A DNA stretch of 62,062 nucleotides, filler included, from Hausera hauseri (taxonomy: Eukaryota), in the NCBI GenBank assembly GCA_046269625.1. It is 12 parts of 12 records of this genome, joined end to end, with 100 filler letters (N's around TTAATTAATTAA, not from the genome) between each part and the next. Parts side by side here need not be neighbours in the genome. Positions count along the whole stretch, not along the records: positions 1 to 4,768 come from JBJURY010442912.1; positions 4,869 to 9,736 come from JBJURY010409255.1; 10 more parts are not named here. One strand, given 5' to 3'. The notes under the pieces are model-generated. The model saw nothing but the letters and a program-made list of their open reading frames with translations, was not told the DNA's origin and did not search any database. Position 1 is the stretch's first letter. The number at the start of each line of letters is the position of its first letter. Positions 1 to 9,836 of this stretch are shown here, in pieces. Made by a program: the position numbers and the translations under genes.

Positions 1-69
1 AGCTCACATATTTCCCTCAAATCTTTTGCTAATTTATCATAATTTACGCAGTTGCATATTGATTGATAT

Positions 70-1641
70 TCATAAGGGTGATTTTTTCATATCATCCGAA
101 GAGACTTGATTTGGCGTATTGTCCATTTCTTTGTTAACAGTATGTGTTCCATCTTCTTCCTCATCATCGAATGTGTCATTCAAGGGATTTGGGACTTTTA
201 TTAGTTTTTTACGTTTAGAGAAACGTTCATCAGATTTGTCATCGTCGTTGCCAAAGAATTTGCTCATCATCAACAATGAAAGTATCCACAATAATATGGA
301 GGTCCATGAAGAATTAGGGTGATGAGATGTAGTCTCAACTGCCTCTGCTACACTAATCATGGAGAGCAAACATATTCCCATAAGGAATAACGTTCCCAGT
401 GAAAATGTGGAGTAACTCTTGATACCTGATGATTCTCATTTTTTATCTTTTTCTTGAAGGTCTTGAATATGCATTGCTCTTATTTCGTTAGCGATCTCGT
501 CCATATATTTAATGCTATTTCCCGCAAATTGTAATCGATCTATCTTCATCCACTGCTCAGGAGGGAGATTACTGTCTAAGGGTTGTCCCATTCTTCTATT
601 CCAGACTCGTTTAACTTCTTCTACCCCATTAATGAGTTCTCGAACTCCTATGTTCATATTATGATGTTTAAAGATTTTTATTGCTCGACTAGCGGCTACA
701 TAATCGTGATGTTGTGATTTTCCTGGACTAGCTAAATCAGGAATCGTATAATATACTTCTTCACAACTTATCTTCAAGAAAAATTTGTCCAGGGCGGTTA
801 ATGCATTAAAATCCAATTTTAGGTCTTCACAAATTAATTTTATTATGGGTTTATATTGTTCATCTGTTATTCCGCACTTCTCGTGGTATTTACTAAGGAA
901 ATCTTTTAATTCCGTTATACTGTTTATAAATCCTTTGACTAATTGTTGTGCATGATTTATGCGTTCTGGTGTGGCTAACAGAAAATTCTCTAGCCGGTGT
1001 CGATTAGCGGCTTCTCTAGTTAACCGAAGTGGTGGTAGATTCTCCCCTTTTCGTTGAGGCAATTCGAAATAATTTTGTTCAATTGGTTTGACTTCTTTAC
1101 TTTGTGCCTGCTTAGTAGGGTCTATTTTCCTTAACTTAGTATCGTTATACACTGGGAATTTGGGGCTCTTTTTCGGTTGATGTTTTTCAATGTCCTCTCT
1201 CAGTCGTTTAATATTTTCTTCAGCTTCTTCCAGCTTCTTGCTTAAGACGATATAGCTCACGGAAGGCTGAATCTTTCTTGTGGTCTGCATTTCCATTAAG
1301 TCGAGATATATTGAAGTTGTTGATACAGGTCTTGATAGATCTTGAAACGAATTTCGTGGTAGTTTCTGTGGGATACTTGCCACACTATTTATCGAACAAG
1401 TGTCCATGTCGGTTATCAGAGGCAAGGGTACTTGTTTTCATGCATGCTCCTTCAAGGAGGAATTATCGGTTTCCTTATCATCAACTACCGTACGGCTGTT
1501 AAACATATAATATGCTAATATCAATAGCAACATGGCCGTACTGCTCCACGCATTTGTAGAAGTAATCGTGCGCGTTGGTTGAGTATCCGCACATCCGAAT
1601 ATTATAAGCAGTATTAGCGTCAACAGGGTTATTGTAGACAA
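70..1641 (-). pseudogene. 3' accessory reading frame of gypsy family A (TM hairpin - 329-aa soluble region - TM hairpin), split by two in-frame TGA
   Basis: ORFs 1438..1641, 436..1425 and 70..381 share one frame, separated only by single TGA codons. Each flanking ORF has a pair of hydrophobic segments. Confidence 0.65.
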
Positions 1642-1889
1642 CTAAAGGGACTCCCGAAAACGGTAGATGAAGTATTAATTGTAGGTATTTCCATTATTCG
1701 CGTTTGCCTTATTTTTCGTGCTAGTGTAAATTCTGTATTCTGTTTGCTTATTTGTTTCAAGGTAACATAGTTTAACAAGAGTGGAACAGTCTCCTCTCCT
1801 GGCGCAAACCACCACTGATCGTTGCTTTGTGGCTTGGAATCTTGGTAACCTTCGCAAATGAATATGATTGATCTTCCGATAACTTTGAG

Positions 1890-4241
1890 TTATGCTCCTG
1901 TCAGTTTATACAGTACATCGAAACCAATAATGAGATCAGAATACGACTCTTGTGGGTTGGCATAACAAGCAACATCTATATACCCTATGGTTAGGTCCAA
2001 TTTTCCGCATGCTTCGGGTATATAATAGGTAATTCGTCTATATAATCGCAAATTTATACGAGTCAACGGGGTAGTAGTATAAAGTTCCGCATTAACATAC
2101 TTACCGTATACCTTAACCAATATTGGTATTAATAAAGGATAATCATTATAATTCTGACGATAATGCATGTTATATAACAATTCTAGCCTTTTTATCTCTT
2201 CTTCTAGTTTGTTTACATTTTTTCGATATTTCTCTAGATCTTTAGTTTTCTCCAACGAATGTGTAGCTACGTTTATCACTATATCGTAATCTATTAACGT
2301 ATCTCTACCTATAATGCAAGGAATGGTGGAATTTTCTAGTATGTGGTATAAAATCTTTGATCGTTTATTTTTTAATTTGGTCAAGGCTGTAACTACGCCT
2401 ATCACCTTTAGCTGATTGCCATTTATTAGTTTGTGATTTATCTCACTACTTTCATTTAACTTTAGTTTTAAAATTTCTATTGTAGTCTTACTTAAGTAAT
2501 TTTTTGCTGCTCCTGTATCTATTATTGCTTCGATTTTAACTTTATTTATAGTTATAGTTGTAGTTACCATATTATTTGACCCATCTTCTATGAATGCCAT
2601 CGTTGTGTTTTTGTCCTCCAGCTGTAATCTGTTCCTCAATGGGTATCTGCAAGGTGGTGTTTGATCTGCATTCTCATCATCCAGTTGCATTCTATTCCTT
2701 AACGGGTACTTACAAGGTGGTGTTTGCTCCAGTTTGCGCTCTTTAGCTACGGGTCTACATCGCTGTACACTCATCCAAGAGGTTTTATTTGGATTGGACA
2801 AATTCTGCAATTCTACACTTGATTCAGTTATTTGTAATATCTTATATGGTCCTTTATATGGTAATTTCAATTTTGGGCTTTCACCGGGTTTACAGGTCTC
2901 ATCTAATATATTAACCAAGTCTCCGATTCGATACATATGGGGTTTTGTTTTCTTGTCGTATTGGTCCTTATAATTTTCTTGGTGATATTTAATTTTTAAC
3001 CCTGCTCTAATCCATGCTTCTTGCAATCTTTCCTGTAGGATTGTTGCATAATCCGGTTCCTCCATCAGTTGAGACTGTGGTGGTCTATATTCGAGGTCAA
3101 TTGGCATAATATCTCGTCTGCCATATAGTAAAAAGAAGGGTGATTCCCCAGTTGTTGTATGAGGGCTTTGACGGTAAGCGTATACACAAGGTTTTATATA
3201 TAAATCCCAATCAGCTGGATGATCGTAGGCATAACTAGATATCATGATTGAAAATTGTTTATTAAATGCTTCTACTGCGCCATTAGCTTGTGGGTGATAG
3301 GGTGATGTAAATTTATGATTAACTCCTAATATCGCCAATACTTTCTCCATAAGTTCGCTGCAAAAATTACTTCCTCTATCGGATATTATTGTCATCGGTG
3401 CTCCATATTCAAATATTACGTCGTCAACTAATCTTCTGGCCATAACATCCGTAGTTTGGTTTATCATTGGCATCGCTATTGGAAATTTTGAGTGGTAATC
3501 AATAGCTGTAAGTACACATGTATTTCCTCTAGCGGTAGTTGGTAATGGTCCAACTATATCAACGCCTATACAAACGAATGGTGATGCTAAAACTGGTATT
3601 GGTTTCAATGGTGTTTTTCTTGCTTGGAAATTTCCTCTTCTTTTTGAACAAACTTGGCAGTTTGTACACCAATCTTTTACATCATCTGCTATCTTTGGCC
3701 AATAGTACTTTTGTTTAAGTCTGCCTAGTGTAGCTTTATAACCTCGATGTCCTCCGAGTTGTCCATCATGATAGTGCATTAAAAGTTTTGCTCGCATATG
3801 TTTCGGTACTACCATAAGTAAATCTTCACTATCCTGGTAATAGATATTTCCCCTTTCCATTTTATATTTATTTTTGCTCCCTTCTTTGTTTAGGCTATTA
3901 CGGATTTTACGAATTTCGTCATCCTTCGCTTGTTCTTTAGCTATAGCTTCATGTGTGATTGGTATAGACAAAAATATGTGCATTTCTTCATTAACTTCTG
4001 CATTGTCCACCTCATTTATCATAGTCTGAATCAAGTCGATCATCTTATAGTACTCATATAAAATATCTTCTACTAACGGGTCTTTATAGTCACTTTGTCT
4101 TGTATTCTGTTGATTATCCTTGTTAAGTGTTTGAATAATCATACTTATAAGTTGGTCTGTATCCTTAGTGCGTTTTTTACGTATTGCCTTGGGTACACTT
4201 GGATGGACTTTCTGCCAATAATATTCTTTCAGATCCTGCAT
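1890..4241 (-). CDS. Pol segment: integrase + GPY/F + duplicated YPLRNR motif + retropepsin domain + degenerate second retropepsin
   Basis: 783-aa ORF. AIIDTGAAKNYLS...CIIGRDTL lies C-terminal to integrase. It is followed by LVKVYGKYVNAELYTTT...DLIIGFDVL. Confidence 0.85.
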   Translation of the reverse strand: MQDLKEYYWQKVHPSVPKAIRKKRTKDTDQLISMIIQTLNKDNQQNTRQSDYKDPLVEDILYEYYKMIDLIQTMINEVDNAEVNEEMHIFLSIPITHEAIAKEQAKDDEIRKIRNSLNKEGSKNKYKMERGNIYYQDSEDLLMVVPKHMRAKLLMHYHDGQLGGHRGYKATLGRLKQKYYWPKIADDVKDWCTNCQVCSKRRGNFQARKTPLKPIPVLASPFVCIGVDIVGPLPTTARGNTCVLTAIDYHSKFPIAMPMINQTTDVMARRLVDDVIFEYGAPMTIISDRGSNFCSELMEKVLAILGVNHKFTSPYHPQANGAVEAFNKQFSIMISSYAYDHPADWDLYIKPCVYAYRQSPHTTTGESPFFLLYGRRDIMPIDLEYRPPQSQLMEEPDYATILQERLQEAWIRAGLKIKYHQENYKDQYDKKTKPHMYRIGDLVNILDETCKPGESPKLKLPYKGPYKILQITESSVELQNLSNPNKTSWMSVQRCRPVAKERKLEQTPPCKYPLRNRMQLDDENADQTPPCRYPLRNRLQLEDKNTTMAFIEDGSNNMVTTTITINKVKIEAIIDTGAAKNYLSKTTIEILKLKLNESSEINHKLINGNQLKVIGVVTALTKLKNKRSKILYHILENSTIPCIIGRDTLIDYDIVINVATHSLEKTKDLEKYRKNVNKLEEEIKRLELLYNMHYRQNYNDYPLLIPILVKVYGKYVNAELYTTTPLTRINLRLYRRITYYIPEACGKLDLTIGYIDVACYANPQESYSDLIIGFDVLYKLTGA

Positions 4242-4768
4242 GTCAGTATAGTCAAGATTAGGGTGATCGCTATAATCTTGATCAATATCACCTTTTTGAA
4301 GTCTTCACAGGAAATCTGCATTAGCGTTTGTTATTCTTGTCGATATTTTATTAAAATTTCCAGGTCCTGAATTTCTGCAGCCCATTTCATTAATTTTCGA
4401 CTAGTATCCCGTTGTTTCATTTACAATTGCAAAGGTTTTTGATCAGTATATAGTATTATCTTTCGTCCTGTAATATAATACCTAAAATACCGTAAGGCGT
4501 ATACTATGGCGTAACATTCTCTTTCAATTGTTGACCATCTACGTTGTGTTTCACTTAATGTTTTACTGACACATGCTATTATTCCTTCGCCTGGTCTGTC
4601 AGGAACTGATTGTCGTAAGACTGCTCCTGTTGCATAACCACTGGCGTCGGTCATGATTATATAAGAGTAATTAGGATCAGGAAACTGTAGTATTGGTGGG
4701 GAAGTTAAAACTTGTTTTAAGACTTTGAATGATCTATGATGTGTTTCTTCCCAATTTCATGCTGTTCC

Positions 4769-4868
4769 NNNNNNNNNNNNNNNNNNNNNNNNNNNNNNNN
4801 NNNNNNNNNNNNTTAATTAATTAANNNNNNNNNNNNNNNNNNNNNNNNNNNNNNNNNNNNNNNNNNNN
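4769..4868. other. Artificial contig spacer (N44-TTAATTAATTAA-N44); also at 9737, 14482, 19678, 25903, 31971, 36438, 40491, 45486, 51537 and 56964
   Basis: The identical 100-bp spacer, with stops in all six frames, recurs 11 times. Confidence 0.99.
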
Positions 4869-7800
4869 TTCTGGTCTTTTCAAATTTGAGTTTTTTGCGT
4901 GACTTACTTATTTTCGAAGATTTTCTATCATTTTTTAGTCTTTTGACTCGCCTATCTTAATTTTCAATTTTTTCAATTTTTTGTCCCGCTCCCTTTTACC
5001 AAAAGAATATTTTTCCACGAAAAAATTTAAAACTTTTCTGGTGTTTCCTAATTTGAATTTTTTTCACATTTTACTTAATTTTGAAGTTTTTCTTTCACTT
5101 TTTGGTCTTTTGTCTCGCCTATCTTAATTTGGAATTTTTTCAATTTTTTGGCCCGTACCACTCTAATGAAAATCTGGTTTTACCACGAAAACATTTGAAA
5201 TGTTTCTGGTCTTTTCTAATTTGAGTCTTTTGCCTGACTTTCTTAATTTCGATGATTTTCTATCATTTTTTGGTCTTTTGACTCGCCTATCTTAATTTTT
5301 AATTTTTAAATTTGTTGGCCCGACATTACTTACCAAAATTTGGTTTTTCCACGAAAAAATTTGAAAATTTTCTGGTCTTTTCTCATTTGAGTTTTTTTCC
5401 GTGACTTACTTAATTTTAAAGTTTTTCTTTCATTTTTTGGTCTTTTGTATTGACTATCTTAATTTTGAATTTTTTCAATTTTTTGGCCCGCATCCCTCAT
5501 ATGGAAATTTGGGTTTTCCACGAAAAAATTTTAGATTTTTTGTCTGGTCTTTTCTAATTTGAGTTTCTTGCTAAACTTACTTAATTTGGAAGATTTTCTA
5601 CCATTTTCTGGTCTTTTGTCTCGCCTATCTTAATTTTGAGAGTTTTCAATTTTTTAATCCCCCACTCCTCTTATGAAAATCTGGTTTTTCCACGAAACAA
5701 TTTGAAATGTTTCTCGTCTTTTCTCATTTGAGTTTTTTTTCCGTGACTTACTTAATTTTAAAGTTTTTCTTTCATTGTTGGTCTTTTGTATTGACTATCT
5801 TAATTTTGAATTTCTTCAATTTTTTGACCCACATCCCTCATATGAAAAATTGGGTTTTCCACAAAAAATTTTGACATTTTTTTCTGGTCTTTTCTAATTT
5901 GAGTTTTTAGCGATACTTACCTAATTTGGAAGATTCTCTATCATTTTTTGGTCTTTTGTCTCGCCTATCTTAATTTTGAATTTTTTCAATTTTTTGGCCC
6001 CACTGCCCCTTACCAAAATTTGCTTTATGCACGAACAATTTTGAAATTTTTCTGGTTCTTTCTATTTTGAGTTTTATGCGTGACTTACTTAATTTCGAAC
6101 ATTTTCTTTCATTTTTTGGTCTTTTGTCTCGCGTATCTTAATTTAGACTTTTTTCAAATTTTTGGCCCGCACCCTTCTAATCAAAATCATTTTTTTTCCA
6201 CACACAAAAATTTGAAATTGTTCTGATCTTCTCAAATTTGAGTTTTTTGCTTGACTTGCTTAATTTCGATGATTTTCTATCATTTTTTAGTCTTTTGACT
6301 CGCCTATCTTAATTTTCAATTTTTTCAATTTTTTGGCTCGCACCTCCCTTATGAAAATCATTTTTCTTCCACACACAAAAATTTGAAATTGTTCTGGTCT
6401 TTTCAAATTTGAGTTTTTTTGCGTGACTTACTTATTGTCGAAGAGTTTCTATCATTTTTTAGTCTTTTGTCTCGCCTATCTTAATTTTCAATTGTTTCAA
6501 TTTTTTGGCCCGCTCCACTCTAATGAAAATCTTGTTTTTCCACGAAAACATTTGAAATGTTTATGGTCTTTTCTAATTTGAGTTTTTTTCTTGACTTGCT
6601 TAATTTTGATGATCTTCTATCATTTTTTGGTCTTTTGTCTCGCCTATCTTAATTTTTAATTTTTAAATTTTTTGGCCCGACATTACTTACAAAAATTTGG
6701 TTTTTTCATGAAAAAATTTGAAAATCTTCTTGTCTTTTCTAATTTGAGTTTTATGCGTGACTTACTTAATTTCGAACATTTTCTATCATTTTTTGGTCTT
6801 TTGTCTCGCGCATCTTAATTTTGAATTTTTTCAATTTTTTGGCCCGCACCACTCTAATGAAAATCTGGTTTTTCGACGAAAACATTTGAAATGTTTATAG
6901 TCTTTTCAAATTTGAGTTTTTTGCTTGACTTGCTTAATTTCGATGATTTTCTATCATTTTTTGGTCTTTTGTCTCGCCTATATTAATTTTTAATTTTTAA
7001 ATTTTTTGGCCCGACATTACTTACCAAAATTTGGTTTTTTCATGAAAAAATTTGAAAATCTTCTGGTCTTTTCTCATTTGAGTTTTTTGCTGAACTTACT
7101 TAATTTGGAAGATTCTCTATCATTTTTTGGTCTTTTGTCTCGCCTATCTTAATTTTGAATTTTTCCAATTTTTTGGACCCTTACCAAAATTTGGTTTATC
7201 CACAAAAAATTGTGAAATTTATCTGGTTCTTTCTAATTTGAGTTTTATGCGTGACTTACTTAATTTCGAACATTTTCTATCATTTTTTGGTCTTTTGTCT
7301 CGCGTATCTTAATTTTGAATTTTTTCAATTTTTTGGCCCGCACCCCTCTTATGAAAATCATTTTTTTTCCACACACAAAAATTTGAAATTGTTCTGGTCT
7401 TTTCAAATTTGAGTTTTTTGCGTGACTTACTTATTTTCGAAGATTTTCTATCATTTTTTAGTCTTTTGTCTCGCATATCTTAATTTTCAATTTTTTCAAT
7501 TTTTTGGCCCGCTCCCTTTTACCAAAAGTTTATTTTTCCACGAAAAAATTTGAAACTTTTCTGGTCTTTCCTAATTTGAATTTTTTTCACATTTTACTTA
7601 ATTTTGAAGTTTTTCTATCACTTTTTGGTCTTTTGTCTCGCCTATCTTAATTTGGAATTTTTTCAATTTTTTGGCCCGCACCACTCTAATGAAAATCTGG
7701 TTTTTCCACGAAAACATTTGAAATGTTTCTGGTCTTTTCTAATTTGAGTTTTTTGCTTGATTTGCTTAATTTCGATGATTTTCTATCATTTTTTGGTCTT

Positions 7801-9736
7801 TTGTCTCGTGTATCTTAATTTTTAATTTTTAAATTTGTTGGCCCGACATTACTTACCAAAATTAGGTTTTTTCACCAAAAAATTTGAAAATTTTCTGGTC
7901 TTTTCTCATTTGAGTTTTTTTCCGGGACTTACTTAATTTTAAAGTTTTTCTTTCAATTTTTGGTCTTTTGTATTGACTATCTTAATTTGGAATTTTTTCA
8001 ATTTTTTGGCCCGCATCCCTCATATGAAAATTTGGGTTTTCCTCGAAAAAATTTGAGATTTTTTTTCTGGTCTTTTCTAATTTGAGTTTTTTTTGCTAAA
8101 GTTACTTAATTTGGAAGATTTTCTCCATTTCTTGGTCTTTTGTCTCGCCTATCTTAATTTTGAGAGTTTTCAATTCTTTAGCCCTCACCCCTCTTATGAA
8201 AATCTTGTTTTTCCACGAAAAAATTTGAAATGTTTCTCGTCTTTTCTCATTTGAGTCTTTTTTCCGTGACTTACTTAATTTTAAAGTTTTTCTTTCATTT
8301 TTTGTCTTTTGTATTGACTATCTTAATTTTGAATTTTTTCAATTTTTTGGGCCACATCCCTCATATGAATATTTGGGTTTTCACAAAAATTTTGACATTT
8401 TTTCTGGTCTTTTCTAATTTGAGTTTTTTGCGAAACTTACTTAATTTGGAAGATTCTCTATCATTTTTTGGTCTTTTCTCTCGCGTATGTTAAATTTGAT
8501 TTTTTTCAGTATTTGGCCCGCTCCCCTCTTATGAAAATATGGTTTTTCCACGTAAAAATTTGAAATTTTTCTGGTCTTTTCAAATTTGAGTTTTTTGCGT
8601 GACTTACTTTCGAAGATTTTGTATCATTTTTTATTCTTTTGTCTCGCCTATCTTAATTTTGAATTTTTTCAATTTTTTGGCCCGCTCCCCTTTTTCCACG
8701 AAAAAATATGAAATTTTTCTGGTCTTTCCTAATTTGAATTTTTTTCACAATTTACTTAATTTTGAAGTTTTTCTATCACTTTTTGGTCTTTTGTCTCGCC
8801 TATCTTAATTTGGAATTTTTTCAATTTTTTGGCCCGCACCACTCTAATGAAAATCTGGTTTATCCACGAAAACATTTGAAATGTTTCTGGTCTTTTCTAA
8901 TTTGAGTTTTTTGCTTGATTTGCTTAATTTCTTGATTTTCTATCATTTTTTGGTCTTTTGTCTCGGCTCGGCTATCTTAATTTTTTATTTTTAAATTTGT
9001 TGGCCCTACATTACTTACCAAAATTTGGTTTTTCCACGAAAAAATTTGAAAATTTTCTGGTCTTTTCACATTTGAGTTTTTTATCGTGACTTACTTAATT
9101 TTAATGTTTTTCTTTCATTTTTGGTCTTTTGTATTGACTATCTTAATTTTGAATTTTTTCAATTTTTTGGGCCACATCCCTCATATGAAAATTTGGGTTT
9201 TCCACGAAAAAATTTGAGATTTTTTTTATTCTCTTCTTTTCTAATTTGAGTTTTTTGCAAAACTTACTTACTTTGGAAGATTTTCTACCATTTTTTGGTC
9301 TTTTGTCTCGCCTATCTTAATTTTGAGAGTTTTCAATTTTTTAGCCCTCACCCCTCTTATGAAAATCTGGTTTTTCCACGAAAAAATTTGAAATGTTTCT
9401 CGTCTTTTCTCATTTGAGTCTTTTTTCCGTGACTTACTTAATTTCGATGATTTTCTATCATTTTTTGGTCTTTTGTCTCGCCTATCTTAATTTTTAATTT
9501 TTAAATTTTTTGGCCCGACATTACTTACCAAAATTTGGTTTTTTCAAAAAAAAATTTGAAAATTTTCTGGTCTTTTCTCGTTTGAGTTTTTTTTCCGTGA
9601 GTTACTTAATTTTGAAGTTTTTCTATCACTTTTTGGTCTTTTGTCTCGCCTATCTTAATTTGGAATTTTTTCAATTTTTTGGCCCGCACCACTCTAATGA
9701 AAATCTGGTTTTTCCACGAAAACATTTGAAATGTTT
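4869..9736. repeat. T-rich tandem satellite, ~168-bp monomer, ~29 copies, with higher-order variant order
   Basis: The anchor ttttggccc recurs at ~5148, 5315, 5483, 5993, 6162, 6504, 6672, 6838, 7005 and onward. ggtcttttgtctcgcctatcttaattt is present in most units. Confidence 0.97.
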
Positions 9737-9836
9737 NNNNNNNNNNNNNNNNNNNNNNNNNNNNNNNNNNNNNNNNNNNNTTAATTAATTAANNNNNNNN
9801 NNNNNNNNNNNNNNNNNNNNNNNNNNNNNNNNNNNN

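Larger units (their letters stand above)
1..4768 (-). mobile_element. Ty3/gypsy LTR retrotransposon fragment, family A (RT connection-RNase H-integrase plus long 3' extension), degenerate
   Basis: RNase H motifs TDASGYATGAVL, WSTIERECYAIV and YTDQKPL. Integrase HHCC (H..GH..CQVC), IGVDIVGPLP, SDRGSNF, YHPQANGAVEAFN and GPY. Stop at 4421 and a frameshift plus stop near 4300-4335. Confidence 0.95.

Noticed and set aside
436-1641. Classical env gene call for family A
   Set aside because: No Cys-rich ectodomain, furin site or fusion peptide pattern recognised.
4813-4824. Recurrent TTAATTAATTAA palindromes
   Set aside because: Always centred in 100-bp N spacers; an assembly linker, not biology.
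4869-9736. CRISPR-like repeat/spacer pattern
   Set aside because: The variable parts are homologous and recur. Monomers are ~168 bp, there are no cas genes, and the context is eukaryotic.
7127-9788. Phe/Leu-rich ORFs resembling membrane proteins
   Set aside because: Translations of the T-rich satellite.
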